Shown here: piece after piece, positions 50,286 through 63,543 of the stretch
How the letters are laid out: each line of letters begins with the position of its first letter
Position numbering within the stretch: position 1 is the first letter of the stretch
From: Nemertoderma westbladi
Lineage: Eukaryota; Animalia; Xenacoelomorpha
Direction: 5' to 3'
Assembly: GCA_032718475.1 (NCBI GenBank)
Contig: JAUCBJ010006962.1
Coordinates: 124,001 to 188,000, forward strand
DNA: 64,000 nucleotides
Translations under genes and position numbers: made by a program
The notes under the pieces: generated by a model
What the model saw: only the letters and a program-made list of their open reading frames with translations
What the model was told of the DNA's origin: nothing
The model's database searches: none

Positions 50286-51619
50286 TACTGTACTGTGGTT
50301 GGCATTACGCCATATACCTAACACTAATACTACAGTCTACAATACAGCCTATCTACAGTACAGAATGGATTTTTTGCCATGAAGAGCACTAAATGTCTTT
50401 AATACTATCCACCAGTATACCTAGACCAAGAGCCTTCCAATGAAACATGTATTGCAGCATATTGCAGCATGACGTCCACTGCATGTCTTAGTGTTGTCCA
50501 TGGTGACATGCACTGGACGTCATAGGCTCTAAGGGGTTAAGCAACACGGTCCCTACTTCTCCCTGTCGACACCCCAGCCATTTTTCACCAATCATTTTTT
50601 AGAGTTTTTAAATTTTTTTGTTATTGGTGAAAGTTCTAGAACATTAGTAGATATGTTCTTTATGATAGCTACCGGTAGTGTTTTTTGCTAGCTAGTATTT
50701 TTAGAAATTATAAAAAATGTGAAAGTCCATGATATTTCAGGTTAAACTGTTGAAGAATATATTAATGACCAAAATAATTTCCAAAAATTACTAGCTAGTA
50801 AAAAATACTAGCTATATACCATAAAAAATCTACTAAGGTTCTAGAACATTCACTAATATAAAAAAGCAATCAAAATCACAAAAAAATAAAAGTTAAAAAA
50901 CTCATTCGGGACACTTTTGCTTAAGGAGTCAAAATTGTAGAAAAAATTACCGAAGTTTGCGACGTTTGCGAAATTCGCGACGTTTGCGAAATTCGCGAAG
51001 AATCCGTCAGTTTCTGTGCCCTAATGGGTTCGTGCCAAAACAATCAATTCTTACACACTTAACACACACGAACTAATTTAAAGTGGGTATTAGTATGCCT
51101 GAATAATTAAATAGAAATTAAGTTAATGAACGCTATTTCAACATGAAATCTACGGAATCAATACACAACACACGCACACTACTGAATTTAAAAATTTATA
51201 TAGATTGCAACTTATATTTGCCTACCTTTTAATGGGTGACTAATTTAATTATTCAACCCTATATATTTGTAGCCTTTTTAATTTGTGCCTCTAATTGAAT
51301 CAAACATTAAACTAAAATATATGTCACAATATTGGTCTGTCTGTAGCTGGTCAATGAATCCCTCATAAATTTGTTAATTAGTCGCTGCTCAGTCATTGAA
51401 CATTTGAACACGTGCTGCTCGAAGACCCCACAACGTGTTAACTTTCGCTTTGCCAATCCCAAACATAGGCCTACTCGTACCCGTTTCACACCCAGATAAT
51501 GCATGGCCTCCCAAAAGATTTCCTATGGTACCACGATGCATTTTTACTGTATCGCCCACGTCTATTAACTGCGGTACGGTTTTTTAATGGGGATTTTATG
51601 AAAAATGAATTGGTTATAC

Positions 51620-51900
51620 CTGTTACTTCCCTCAGATAAAAATGTAATAATAGAACAAATATTGAATATTTATCTGCGAAAATGCGCATAGCGCGCATGT
51701 TCTGTGGATACTTTTTCCCAGATAACATCTTCGAAACACCGCCAAAATACACACGATACACTTCAGAGAGGCCGGTTTCAACCATTAAACTTCCTATGGA
51801 TCCAATGAAACGCATTAATGTATGCATCCCCCCTAATGTAAGTCCACCGTACTGAACAGGAAAATCCAAATTACATAGTGACATCTTTGAGGAACTCATG
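51620..51900 (-). pseudogene. Academ transposase fragment
   Basis: LGGMHTLMRFIGSIGSLM..TGL..VSKMLSGKKYPQNMRA. Confidence 0.6.
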
Positions 51901-52089
51901 GTAAATACATTTAGCTCGATGTAGACCAATAGCAGACCCCGCCAAAACTTTTAATGGCAAGGCATTAAACCGGGTTTGAAATACTAGTATAACTCTTGAT
52001 ATCCAACCCAACCCCGCCCCCCCCCCCCCCCCCCCTCCCACCCCCACCAAAAAAATGTTTCATTTAACATATATTTACAATATCTAATT

Positions 52090-52577
52090 GTTGTATATTA
52101 TATACTGATTCGTATGCATGGTTGAAAATTTTGCACATAGTTTCAAGAAGAATTCACTTTAGTGCAAATAATTATAATTTATATAATGTTCTCTGGTATC
52201 TCTGGTGTGTTCCAAAAGACCTTCACTTCCACCAGCTTCGGGTTATGTGTTACTTCCACAAATAATAATACACAAGTAATATAAATTGGGGGGGTTTATG
52301 CGCCTGTCGATTTATACGAATCGACAGGGGCAACAAAAGTATTTGGAATATTATGCCCATGTATACTTATATATGTAAGCCTTCAAGTATAAACAAAACT
52401 GACCTTAACAAAATCAAGGTAGGCATTTGTTATTTTCCATCAGCAACATGGGCTTTAACTTTTAACTTTACATGGGAATAATAATACTGTAATATTCTAA
52501 AACAATACCACATGGCCAACGCCGTCGGCCATGCACTTGCACGGCGCAAATGCTCCATTTGCGCTCTCCACCTGGAT
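52090..52577 (+). repeat. Partial third copy of the 3' end of the 3081 bp unit
   Basis: 52273-52577 matches 45608-45917 and ends at the same CTCCACCTGGAT. Confidence 0.8.
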
Positions 52578-53473
52578 ATCTATGTCATGATCCGTTTTGG
52601 TCAATATCAGTACAGAATGATCCGCTTCATCCACATGTGATAAGGTAGGTTCAATATTCCTGTTTGGTTTGGTTATTAGCATAGATATTGAATGCGTGGA
52701 TTTCTTACAATTCATGGAACTTAAATTCGTTTATACAGTAGTTTGCTTGGCATTACTTAGGTAAACTCCTGTAAACCTGTAAGGGAGTCGGATGACTCTA
52801 GTCCCGACCCGTTAACTATGTAGTTACCGGCCCGTTAACCACATTTTATCTATTGACTTTTAAATAATGATCATGATTTTGAGATTTTACAAGCTATTTT
52901 ATTTATCAGATACAATAGTTACTGTTTTTCCAGGTGGCACCCATAATATCTTATGAATGTTCGTACTAGACATTATAGAATTTTTTACAGTAATTGCTAG
53001 GTTTCCTATTTCGATTAGCTATCATCAACTGTTATATTTCTAGAGAACTACGCAAACATACAGTACCATTTTAATTATTAAAAAAAACATTTATAAAAAC
53101 ATTAAAAAAACATACCGATGATAATTAAATGAACAATTCGACTCACGTTTAAGAAACTACAACTATGTCAATTTTCTAGAACAAGCTAATTAGTCCATGG
53201 GCCAGCCAGCATAGGGGATACTTTTTGGTAACCACCCGGAACTTATAGTTTTGGGAAGACCTAGCTTCTGGCCATTCATTTTGATATGATAACAAATATG
53301 AATCGGTAGCTGACTTGGTGTAATAATGATATGCAATAATGGAATAATGATAATTCGTTTTATTTCCTGTACATATGGAGGAATGTAAATAGGAAAATTA
53401 CCGTTAATCACAAACACAGATTACATAAAACAATATTTAAGAATTGTAGATAAAACTATACATAAATAAAATA

Positions 53474-55273
53474 TCATTGCATGAAAATCGGTATCTCATT
53501 GTTTATTAGATATCTAATAGCACTTGGAGCGAAAGAGTTTTGAAACATCTTGGTCCGTGTATCAGGCATTCTGTAATTATTGCGAGTTGCGGTGGAGTTT
53601 GATCGGCAACCAATAATGAAAGCGTGTAGAGGATGACTCGGCGTGTCCACAATCTTCTTTACCATGTTGGTGAACTGTTTGGAAAACGCATCATTTATAA
53701 TGTTCATGTAAACTTGTTTTTCAATTTTTGAGTGTTTGGCAAACAGCGACAGTGGCCTCTTTAACTTCTTTTTGAGATTCTTTGGAATGAGGGGGACCCA
53801 CGCAACCGCACAGTACATATATTGTGGTACAATGTAAGTTTCAAAGAGAAATATTTTTGTATCTTTATTTGCAAACCGGATGAAAAAACTGAATTGGCGA
53901 ACTATGTAATTTACCCTTTTTATAAGTTTAAATATATGAGTTTTCCATGATAGATTATTTGCAATCCATATTCCAAGATGTTTCACTTCGGACGGACGCG
54001 GAACCTCGTCACCATCTATGTAGATTATTTCTTCTGCGATATCTAGAACTTTCTGTTCTTTAAAGTTCATTGGAATGAAACATAGTTCTTCAGATTTCTT
54101 TGCGTTTATCTTTAAGTTTTTTCCATGTGATAGCTCAACAATTCGCTGTATGTTAGACTTATATTTGTCATTTTCTGCGGAATGCCTTATCGCCTGTAGA
54201 TTTCTTGAGTCATCAGAATATTTTGCTAGGGATCCATCGTCAGCTCGAATTTCATCAGTGTCTTTGGTAAACAAAGGTCCACTAAGAGGACCCCCTTGGG
54301 GAAAACCAACTTTCAGTGAAATAGAGGAAGATATGTTTTTTCCAGATTTAACCGATTGAGAGAAACCACTCATGTATGAGTGAAGCCAGCTGGCCAACCA
54401 ACGCATCTCTATTGGTAATTCGTCTAAAAGTCTGTTTAAAAACTTGTTTTGTAACACTGTGTTAAAAGCAGATGAGTAGTCTATGAATAAACATTTTACA
54501 ATTGTGTGTCTTTCATCTAACGCTTTTGTAATCTGATGAAGGAGGTATAAGATCGCATCAGCTGTAGAATAACCTTTTTTGTATGCAAATTGAAAAATAT
54601 CATCAGTGGATTTACTTGCATTACGAAATATATCTAGAGCCAATCTGTCTAAACACCTAGAACTCAAAGGAGTAACACATACTGGTCTGAAGCTGGTTTT
54701 TTCAGAAAATGATGAATCACATCTTTTAGGTAAGGCAGATGTCAAAGACGAATTCCAACATTGCGGGTATTTTTGTTGATGGAAACTATCTCTGAATAGT
54801 GAAGCATAAGGTATAGAAAGTTCTTTTGCAAAGGTTTTATAGCAAATTGCAGAAACAATGCTACTACCTTGGGCTGTATTCGGTTTCAATTTACGTATTA
54901 ATTTCTCAACCACAATCGGATCAACATGAATATCATTATCATAGGTGGTACCATTATATATAGGCTCATCCTTATTCACATCCTCGTTAAATCTAGTGAA
55001 GAAATTATTAAGACTCTCGACTTCATTTTCATCAAATTTATGAACTTGGTGTTTTTTCCTTATACAGTTATCAGATAGTTTGTACAGTTGAGTTTTTGGC
55101 ATATTGGTGAATTCCATTTGCCGTTTATCAAAGATCAGTTTGTTGATTTTTCTCTGGCACTCATTTCTCTTAACATTATCCTTACATGCTATAGCTTTCT
55201 TTTTCTCAGCTAGAATGCCTTTAACACCAGGAATAGGTTGAAACTTGTTTTTCAATTTTTGAGTGTTTGGCAA
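53474..55273 (-). CDS. Uninterrupted RT reading frame of the Rex1-like LINE (599 aa; N-terminus made by the duplication junction)
   Basis: ORF track plus the RT motifs above. Confidence 0.8.
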   Translation of the reverse strand: MPNTQKLKNKFQPIPGVKGILAEKKKAIACKDNVKRNECQRKINKLIFDKRQMEFTNMPKTQLYKLSDNCIRKKHQVHKFDENEVESLNNFFTRFNEDVNKDEPIYNGTTYDNDIHVDPIVVEKLIRKLKPNTAQGSSIVSAICYKTFAKELSIPYASLFRDSFHQQKYPQCWNSSLTSALPKRCDSSFSEKTSFRPVCVTPLSSRCLDRLALDIFRNASKSTDDIFQFAYKKGYSTADAILYLLHQITKALDERHTIVKCLFIDYSSAFNTVLQNKFLNRLLDELPIEMRWLASWLHSYMSGFSQSVKSGKNISSSISLKVGFPQGGPLSGPLFTKDTDEIRADDGSLAKYSDDSRNLQAIRHSAENDKYKSNIQRIVELSHGKNLKINAKKSEELCFIPMNFKEQKVLDIAEEIIYIDGDEVPRPSEVKHLGIWIANNLSWKTHIFKLIKRVNYIVRQFSFFIRFANKDTKIFLFETYIVPQYMYCAVAWVPLIPKNLKKKLKRPLSLFAKHSKIEKQVYMNIINDAFSKQFTNMVKKIVDTPSHPLHAFIIGCRSNSTATRNNYRMPDTRTKMFQNSFAPSAIRYLINNEIPIFMQ

Positions 55274-56173
55274 ACAGCGACAGTGGCCTCTTTAACTTCT
55301 TTTTGAGATTCTTTGGAATAAGGGGGACCCACGCAACCGCACAGTACATATATTGTGGTACAATGTAAGTTTCAAAGATAAATATTTTTGTATCTATTTG
55401 CAAACCGGATGAAAAAACTGAATTGGCGAACTATGTAATTTACCCTTTTTATAAGTTTAAATATATGAGTTTTCCATGATAGATTATTTGCAATCCATAT
55501 TCCAAGATGTTTCACTTCGGACGGACGCGGAACCTCGTCACCATCTATGTAGATTATTTCTTCTGCGATATCTAGAACTTTCTGTTCTTTAAAGTTCATT
55601 GGAATGAAACATAGTTCTTCAGATTTCTTTGCGTTTATCTTTAAGTTTTTTCCATGTGATAGCTCAACAATTCGCTGGATGTTAGACTTATATTTGTCAT
55701 TTTCTGCGGAATGCCTTATCGCCTGTAGATTTCTTGAGTCATCAGAATATTTTGCTAGGGATCCATCGTCAGCTCGAATTTCATCAGTGTCTTTGGTAAA
55801 CAAAGGTCCACTAAGAGGACCCCCTTGGGGAAAACCAACTTTCAGTGAAATAGAGGAAGATATGTTTTTTCCAGATTTAACCGATTGAGAGATCGGCTCC
55901 GATCCAGCTGGCCAACCAACGCATCTCTATTGGTAATTCGTCTAAAAGTCTGTTTAAAAACTTGTCTTGTAACACTGTGTTAAAAGCAGATGAGTAGTCT
56001 ATGAATAAACATTTTACAATTGTGTGTCTTTTATCTAACGCTTTTGTAATCTGATGAAGGAGGTATAAGATCGCATCAGCTGTCTAATAACCTTTTTTGT
56101 ATGCAAATTGAAAAATATCATCAGTCGATTTACTTGCATTACGAAATATATCTAGAGCCCATCTGTCTAAACA

Positions 56174-57434
56174 CGAAGTGGGGCCTTCGCGCAGCACGTG
56201 AAATGAGTTAATGCTAAGTATCAACTCGAAAGGATTATAAAAACATAGGAGAAGATTTTCCCGGAAAACGTTAACCCTCTAGCGGGAGACTGGGTAACTG
56301 AAGAAGGAAGGATTAGTTTCCCTACAAAGCCACAGCCTATGGTCTATTACATATCTACCAAGTTTCCGATTGACGGATCATAAATAACGAAATGTTGGAA
56401 GGTTTTCACTTTCATACATTTAGCCCTCTAGCGGCATATTAAAGAACTACGGATCGATCACCTTCCTCACAAAGACGAGGCATGTGGTCTAGTACATACC
56501 GGTACTGTATATTCCAAAATTCAGCTTAAATAGATTAAGATCAAGGAATTCGCGAAGGTTATCACTTTCCTACATTTCGCCCTCTAGCGGCAGACTCGAA
56601 AACTCCGGACCGATTACTGTCCACACAAAGACTTAGGATGTCTTCTAGTACATATATGACAAGTTTCAGCGTAATCAGATCATAAACAACTAAATGGAAG
56701 AATAATTTCACATTCGGGACATTTCGCCCTCTAGCGGCAGACTGGAGAACTGCAGACAGATTAGCCTCCTTTGAAATTTACAGCTAATGGTCTAGTACAT
56801 ACTTCCCAAGTTTCAGCTTAAACGGATTAAAAGCAAAGAAATGGGTGGCCATTTAATGTTTAGACATGTGGCCCTCTACCGGCAGACTGGAAAACTTCGG
56901 ACCGATTACAATCCACACAAAGACTCAGGATGTCATCTAGTACATATATGACAAGTTTCAGCGTAATCAGATCATAAACAACTAAATGGAAGAATAATTT
57001 CACATTCGGGACATTTCGCCCTCTAGCGGCAGACTGGAGAACTGCAGACAGATTAGCCTCCTTTGAAATTTACAGCTAATGGTCTAGTACATACTTCCCA
57101 AGTTTCAGCTTAAACGGATTAAAAGCAAAGAAATGGGTGGCCATTTAATGTTTAGACATGTGGCCCTCTAGCGGGAGACCATTGCACTGATGGTGTCTGA
57201 AAGTCTCTCAAAAATCTCAACTTTTGCTCATATTGATACCTACAAATTTTCAACTTGGCAGCTTTAAATCCGACAAAGTTATTAGCATGTCAAAATCGTA
57301 ACGACGACGACAACGACGACGACGACGACGACGACAACGACGACGACGACGACGACGACAACTATTTGCATAAATTGACCCACCCCCTAACAGTGTCAAT
57401 TCGCTAAGGCTCCGCCAACTTCGTGGCTCGCCCC
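56174..57434 (-). mobile_element. Non-autonomous asymmetric element flanked by ACA; long copy with ~146 bp tandem array and (GTC)n
   Basis: The empty site TCTAAACACCTAG is visible in the duplicated LINE segment at ~54648-54660. Confidence 0.85.
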
Positions 57435-59119
57435 ACACCTAGAACTCAAAGGAGTAACACATACTGGTCTGAAGCTGGTTTTTTCAGAAAATGATGAATC
57501 ACATCTTTTAGGTAAGGCAGATGTCAAAGACGAATTCCAACATTGCGGGTATTTTTGTTGATGGAAACTATCTCTGTATAGTGAAGCATAAGGTATAGAA
57601 AGTTCTTTTGCAAAGGTTTTATAGCAAATTGCAGAAACAATGCTACTACCTTGGTCTGTATTCGGTTTCAATTTACGTATTAATTTCTCAACCACAATCG
57701 GATCAACATGAATATCATTATCATAGGTGGTACCATTATATATAGGCTCATCCTTATTCACATCCTCGTTAAATCTAGTGAAGAAATTATTAAGACTCTC
57801 GACTTCATTTTCATCAAATTTATGAACTTGTTGTTTTTTCCTTATACAGTTATCAGATAGTTTGTACAGTTGAGTTTTTGGCATATTGGTAAATTCCATT
57901 TGCCGTTTATCAAAGATCAGTTTGTTGATTTTTCTCTGGCACTCATTTCTCTTAACATTATCCTTACATGCTATAGCTTTCTTTTTCTCAGCTAGAATGC
58001 CTTTAACACCAGGAATAGGTTGACGTATGTGAAAGTTATGTACTTTCATCTTAGTTAGAGGTACGTGTTGATCAAAGATATACTTATATAGCTCTCTGTA
58101 GCTTCCACACTTTTATCTAGACTAGTGGTGTCTTGGAAAACATTCCAATTTGTTTCATCAAAAATTAGTTTTACTTCAGCAATTTTTTCCTCGCTGAAAA
58201 CACGAGCCTTTTTGTAGCTAGGTTTAGGTTTATATGCATTGCTGCAGTCAATTTTTGGTTGAAGAAAGATAGACTTATGATCATCCACTCTACCAATAGG
58301 AGCTGATGTGGAGCAATGATATGGGTAGGCATCAGTGACATAGGCCACATCTAATTGTGATTCACCCCATTCAATTTAATTGTGATTGATGGTGTTATCA
58401 CCGGTTGTCATGGAAATGGTAAAACAACAAACATGCTGTAGTATTCTAATAACTCGATATAAATTCATCGCATCTTTTGAAAAAGATAGCTACTGGTCTA
58501 ACAATTCTAAATGTGACATAAAATTCTGGAATATAATTATTGTTACCATGGGAACGCTGCTAAATAAAAACTGACAATGTTTTAGAAAAATAGCTACCAT
58601 TCTAGAACAATAGAATTATTTTAAAAACAAATTGCCACATTTTATTGAATATTAGTTTTGGAAAATTTTGGTATACTATACTGAGAGCTAAACCTGTTTT
58701 GTTATAACGGTGATATATGGTTCCAAAGATATACCCAAGTTTGAAATATTTTTATTTTTCATCAATTTAATCTCATTCCACTCTGTTTCAAAATAATCGC
58801 TTTATATAACAATATTTATGCCAATAAAATACAATCAAGATGTGACTACAAATCACTTTAAAACGACAAGTGACATCTAAATGGCATTTCAAATAATACT
58901 CCTTCACAGGTTACCATGACTACCACTACAGATGCAATTGAAGATGACTCACATATGACACAAACAAATGACTTGACACCTACCACAAAAGAGAGGTTAG
59001 TTCTTTTAGTATATTCACTTCAATTTATATATTTATCATAATTTTTCCTAGATGATTTCTGCAAAGATGATATCTTCGATAATGACATTTTTGAATACTA
59101 AATCCTCTTTATTCTTTGG

Positions 59120-59978
59120 GGGGGCGTATTCCCAAAACTTACACTAGTAGGAAAAAAATCATGTAAGGATTGGAGATAGAGGTCGAACTAGTGTAAGAGT
59201 TTTATACTCAGTTTGCAGGTACAGTAGACCCAAAGTACGTGTTCCAAACGCTGTAAGGAACGGAGAAATTGGGTGAAATCATGTAAGGGTTATTACACCA
59301 ACAGTATTAGATGAGTAGACTTAACATTTGATATTATTCTAGGCAGTAGAACATTGGGTTATGGTTTATACAGGGCTGCATGAGCTGCCCCCACACATAA
59401 GGACCACACTGCGCACAATATTGTGCTTTGGCAGCACCATAGAGAAAATAAGCATGATGGACAGCCCATGACTTTCTTAAGATGCCTCCTAAAGGACACT
59501 GGCTTTGAAGATGCAGCTAATCTCGCGAAAGTCATGGGGGATAGGGAATTGTGGCGGTGCAACTTTGTTGGTTGATAAGCCGGTATAGAATTCTTAATGT
59601 ACGCTGCATTTGGCTTGCCGATTGCGGATTGCATGGTTGTGGCAAAATACATTTGCCAAGCTGGCATAGCATCTCGATGTGCAGTTTCAATGCAACAGGC
59701 CGATTTTAGTACTGTACAGCAGTAATTGCTTATGAATAGTCTGTCTGCTATTCGTGTGCATCGAACTGCACTAGCGCGCCATCTAGACATCTAGAGGTTT
59801 TAAGAGTTTATTTTATTTGGAGCCTTTGGAGCACTTTATAAAAACCTTACACTAGTTCGACCCCTCTTTCCATTCCTTACATGATTTCAACGTCCAATCA
59901 AATAATAACTCATTAACCAATCCCAGGTGTTAATGCAAGATGTGTTCCTAGTAGTGTAAGGATTGGGAATACGCGCCC
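59120..59978. mobile_element. MITE-like element with GGGCG(C)GTATTCCCAA TIRs, carrying an RTE 3' fragment
   Basis: Terminal and subterminal inverted repeats (CTTACACTA.TAGGAA; CATGTAAGGA..GTCGAACTAGTGTAAG). TSD not clear. Confidence 0.65.
59400..59625 (+). pseudogene. 3' fragment of the same RTE family as 8471-9825
   Basis: Encodes VLWQ..NKHDGQPMTFLR..LKDTG.EDA..VMGDRELWRCNFV, like 8501-8839. Confidence 0.8.
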
Positions 59979-60689
59979 GGTTTATTTTGTAATTAGTCCG
60001 TATCTTTGAGTGAGGTTTGTTTGGAACACCGAGATTTCGTGACTTTTCCTAAAATTTAATGGGTTATCCAACAGCGCAAACGCCATTTACATGGCCATGT
60101 TAGTTTTCGTGCTGTGCTCCCTTTATGGCACCCATCTCCAGTACTTTCCTATTAAGATTTTCAATAGTTTTCATAATTCACTAAAATTAATTTATTTGCG
60201 ATATATAGCGGTTTTTTTGGATGCTGAAAGCGATTATAGAACTGCAACATTACATTCGTGAAATTTTTTGGTAATTTTTAAAGTGTAACCTGGGGTACGA
60301 ATAAAACAAGTACTGCAAATGTTAGTCAAAAATCACGTCAAGAGCTTCAGTTCATTCAAATTTCGCCTCCTTCCTGTTGGTACATGACTTTAATTTGCAC
60401 AACTCAATGCAATGATGTTGATGTTTGTTTTGAAGGCAGATACAGAGTGAGTACAAAACAAAGACTCAACATCCAATTATAAAGACCTGCATAATCATCT
60501 AACATGTGTTAACTTTCGTTTATTGTTTTGGTTCCCCCAAAACGCCTCAGTAACGTGTTCCTTTACTAACCTGCTCCTTTAAATAGCAATGGGACTTATT
60601 GCTCTTATGGACCTAGCGCGACTTCACCTCTTTGTTTTGTACAGAACAGGCAGTAAAGTCTTGGATCTTTGTTTTGTACTCAACTGGCA

Positions 60690-61100
60690 GATACATGTTG
60701 GTGGTTTACAATTGCAATACAGCAGAGATAGAGAGTGAGGATAGATTATGGAGCTGGTAGAATATGCATCCAATCAGGTATTACCATATCCTCCTCATCT
60801 AACAGCCATCTTATGGGAGAAGATACATTGATGATGGGTACTACTAGGCTTATATACGATTGGTAGTTGGTTCTGGCTGGATAGGTGTCTATCTTTAAAC
60901 AATATTTACAAAGTGGCAGCAAGGTTGACTCGATTTCTCCATGTTTTGAACAGAAAAGACGATACCGAAGCTCGTTCACGTCATTAACTTCTGACATTCA
61001 TGTAAAGCAATAAGTATTATGCATAAGTCAGGTCCAAGATTAGCTGATATAGTGTTTATGTTATAATGCGTTATTCTACTTAGAGATCCACACTTTTGAT
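60690..61100 (-). pseudogene. AcademX C-terminal remnant
   Basis: DVNELRYRLFCSK..LLP..RTNYQ..W..PAP followed by Cys-rich codons. Confidence 0.6.
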
Positions 61101-63543
61101 AAACCTGGCATTTCAGGACATCGTTTTCAGCCCTTGTAATGTATTTGAGAGGCATTGATTTGTGTCCATTTATTGCCGGCACCCTCATTATCATATCGAA
61201 TATGAATGTCACATACTTGATCTAGTCTTTGACGTTTGCTATTGGATACACCACCCCCCCCCCCCCCCCCCCCCACCACCCCTTTCAGTGAAACCTGCCT
61301 CTGCACTGATGTCTATATTATTCTTAACCTTCCAACATATGTTAATCATTCATCATTGGCGAACATTGGCAACTATCAGAATCGTATCTAGAGAGATGGG
61401 GAGGATAATGATAATACCTGATTGGCCTACAAAATAAACTTCATTGCATTGAGTTGTAAAAATTCAAGTAATGCACCAAATGGAAGCATGAGGAATTGGA
61501 ATGAACTGATGCAATGATGAATAATGATGAATCAGATGATGAAGATGATTTCTAATACAGCAATAATTGTATCACATACATTACCTCCTCGACTAAGAAT
61601 ACTCGATTTGTTCGGATGACATCATCGCATACCAATTAAGAATACGTACATACATAATTATGTATTTATTATTAATTAAAGATAATTTAGTGTACAAAAA
61701 TGTTATTATCGATTGTGCGCAGTATGGTCCTTATGTGTGGGGGCAGCTCATGCAGCCCTGTATAAACCATATCCCAATGTTCTACTGCCTAGAATAATAT
61801 CAAATGTTAAGTCTACTCATCTAATACTGTTTGTGTAATAACCCTTACATGATTTCACCCAATTTCTCCATTCCTTACAGCGTTTGGAACACGTACTTTG
61901 GGTCTACTGTACCTGCAAACTGAGTATAAAACTCTTACACTAGTTCGACCTCTATCTCCATTCCTTACATGATTTTTTTCCTACTAGTGTAAGTTTTGGG
62001 AATACGCCCCCCCAAAGAATAAAGAGGATTTAGTATTCAAAAATGTCATTATCGAAGGTATCATCTTTGCATAAATCATCTAGGAAAAATTATGATAAAT
62101 ATATAAATTGAAGTGAATATACTAAAAGAACTAACCTCTCTTTTGTGGTAGGTGTCACGTCATTTGTTTTTGTCATATCTGAGTCATCTTCAATTGCATC
62201 TGTAGTGGTAGTCATGGTAACCTGTGAAGGAGTGTTGTCTAAAATGCCATTTAGATGTCACTTGTCATTTTAAAGTGATTTGTAGTCACATCTTGATTGT
62301 ATTTTATTGGCATAAATATTGTTATATAAAGTCATTATTTTGAAACAGAGTGGAATGAGATTAAATTGATGAAAAATAAAAATATTTCAAACATGGGTAT
62401 ATCTTTGGAACCATATATCACCGTTATAACAAAACAGGTTTAGCTCTCAGTATAACAAAATTTTCCAAAACTAATAATCAATAAAATGTGGTAATTTGTT
62501 TTTAAAATAATGGTTTTGTTCTAGAATAGTAGCTATTTTTGTAAAACATGTCAGTTTTTATTTAGCAGCGTTCCCATGGTAACAATAGTTATATTCCAGA
62601 ATTTTATGTCACATTTAGAATTGTTAGACCAGTAGCTATCTTTTTCAAAAGATGCGATGAATTTATATCGAGTTATTAGAATACTACAGCATGATTGTTT
62701 TTTTACCATTTCCATGACAACCGGTGATAACACCAAGTCAGCTACCGATTCAGATTTGTTATCATATCAAAATGAATGGCCAGAAGCTTGGTCTTCCCAA
62801 AACTATAAGTTCCGGGTGGTTACCAAAAAGTATCCCCTATGCTGGCTGGCCCATGGACTAAATGACATTTTCATGTCAATGAAAAAAAATTCCATATCAG
62901 AAACTATGAGTATATCAATTTTCTATAGAACAAGTCCCATTTAAATGCAGAGACCTGGAAACTCAGTAGCTATTCCATGAAGAAAACACTAAATGTGATG
63001 CCTAACTCATTGATAAATCATAGGCCTAACTAATGATCAATAACGAATAATCATCATTAGTTATGAATTCCAAACCCCATTCTCCATATCGAAATGGTCA
63101 CCCAAGATAAAGTACTGTAGTACCCAGCTCAAAATGTGATATATTATAAATATTATTATATATATCGTACGTTGGAACATAGGAACATACTATACTGTAA
63201 AGTAGAATCCACTCTAATCTACTTTGCTAAGGTACTTTATGCACTTTATCTGTACTATACCTTACGGTATCGATTTATGAATACGGGTATAATAAAATAA
63301 GACGCACAATACAGTAGAAAGGAGCTAAACTGGAAATAACAAATATCTTAGAAACATCACCTAAATGTTATAATCGCTGAAATTTGTTGTCTTTAATAAA
63401 TATGTTAGCACTCAAACGTGTCAGGTTAGGAAATAAATATCAGCCCAATTTAGATTCTTTACCTTGTCTAACGTTACAGAAAGGCCACGCTAATAAAATA
63501 AACATAATTTAACAAACTTTGGTGCATATTTTGTAACTCATGG

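Larger units (their letters stand above)
53322..58389 (-). mobile_element. 5'-truncated Rex1/Babar-like (CR1 group) LINE with internal ~1.53 kb tandem duplication, TSD TGGTGT
   Basis: FRPVCVT, QFAY..STADAI, LFIDYSSAFNTV, GFPQGGPLSGPLF, KYSDD. TGGTGT at 53316-53321 and 58390-58395, single copy in the opposite TIR. Confidence 0.85.
53191..62860. mobile_element. Academ DNA transposon, internally deleted, ~1.15 kb TIRs, TSD AAT
   Basis: AAT|TAGTCCATGG ... CCATGGACTA|AAT; 53191-53321 plus 58396-59419 is the reverse complement of 61712-62860; AcademX-like coding remnant inside. Confidence 0.8.
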
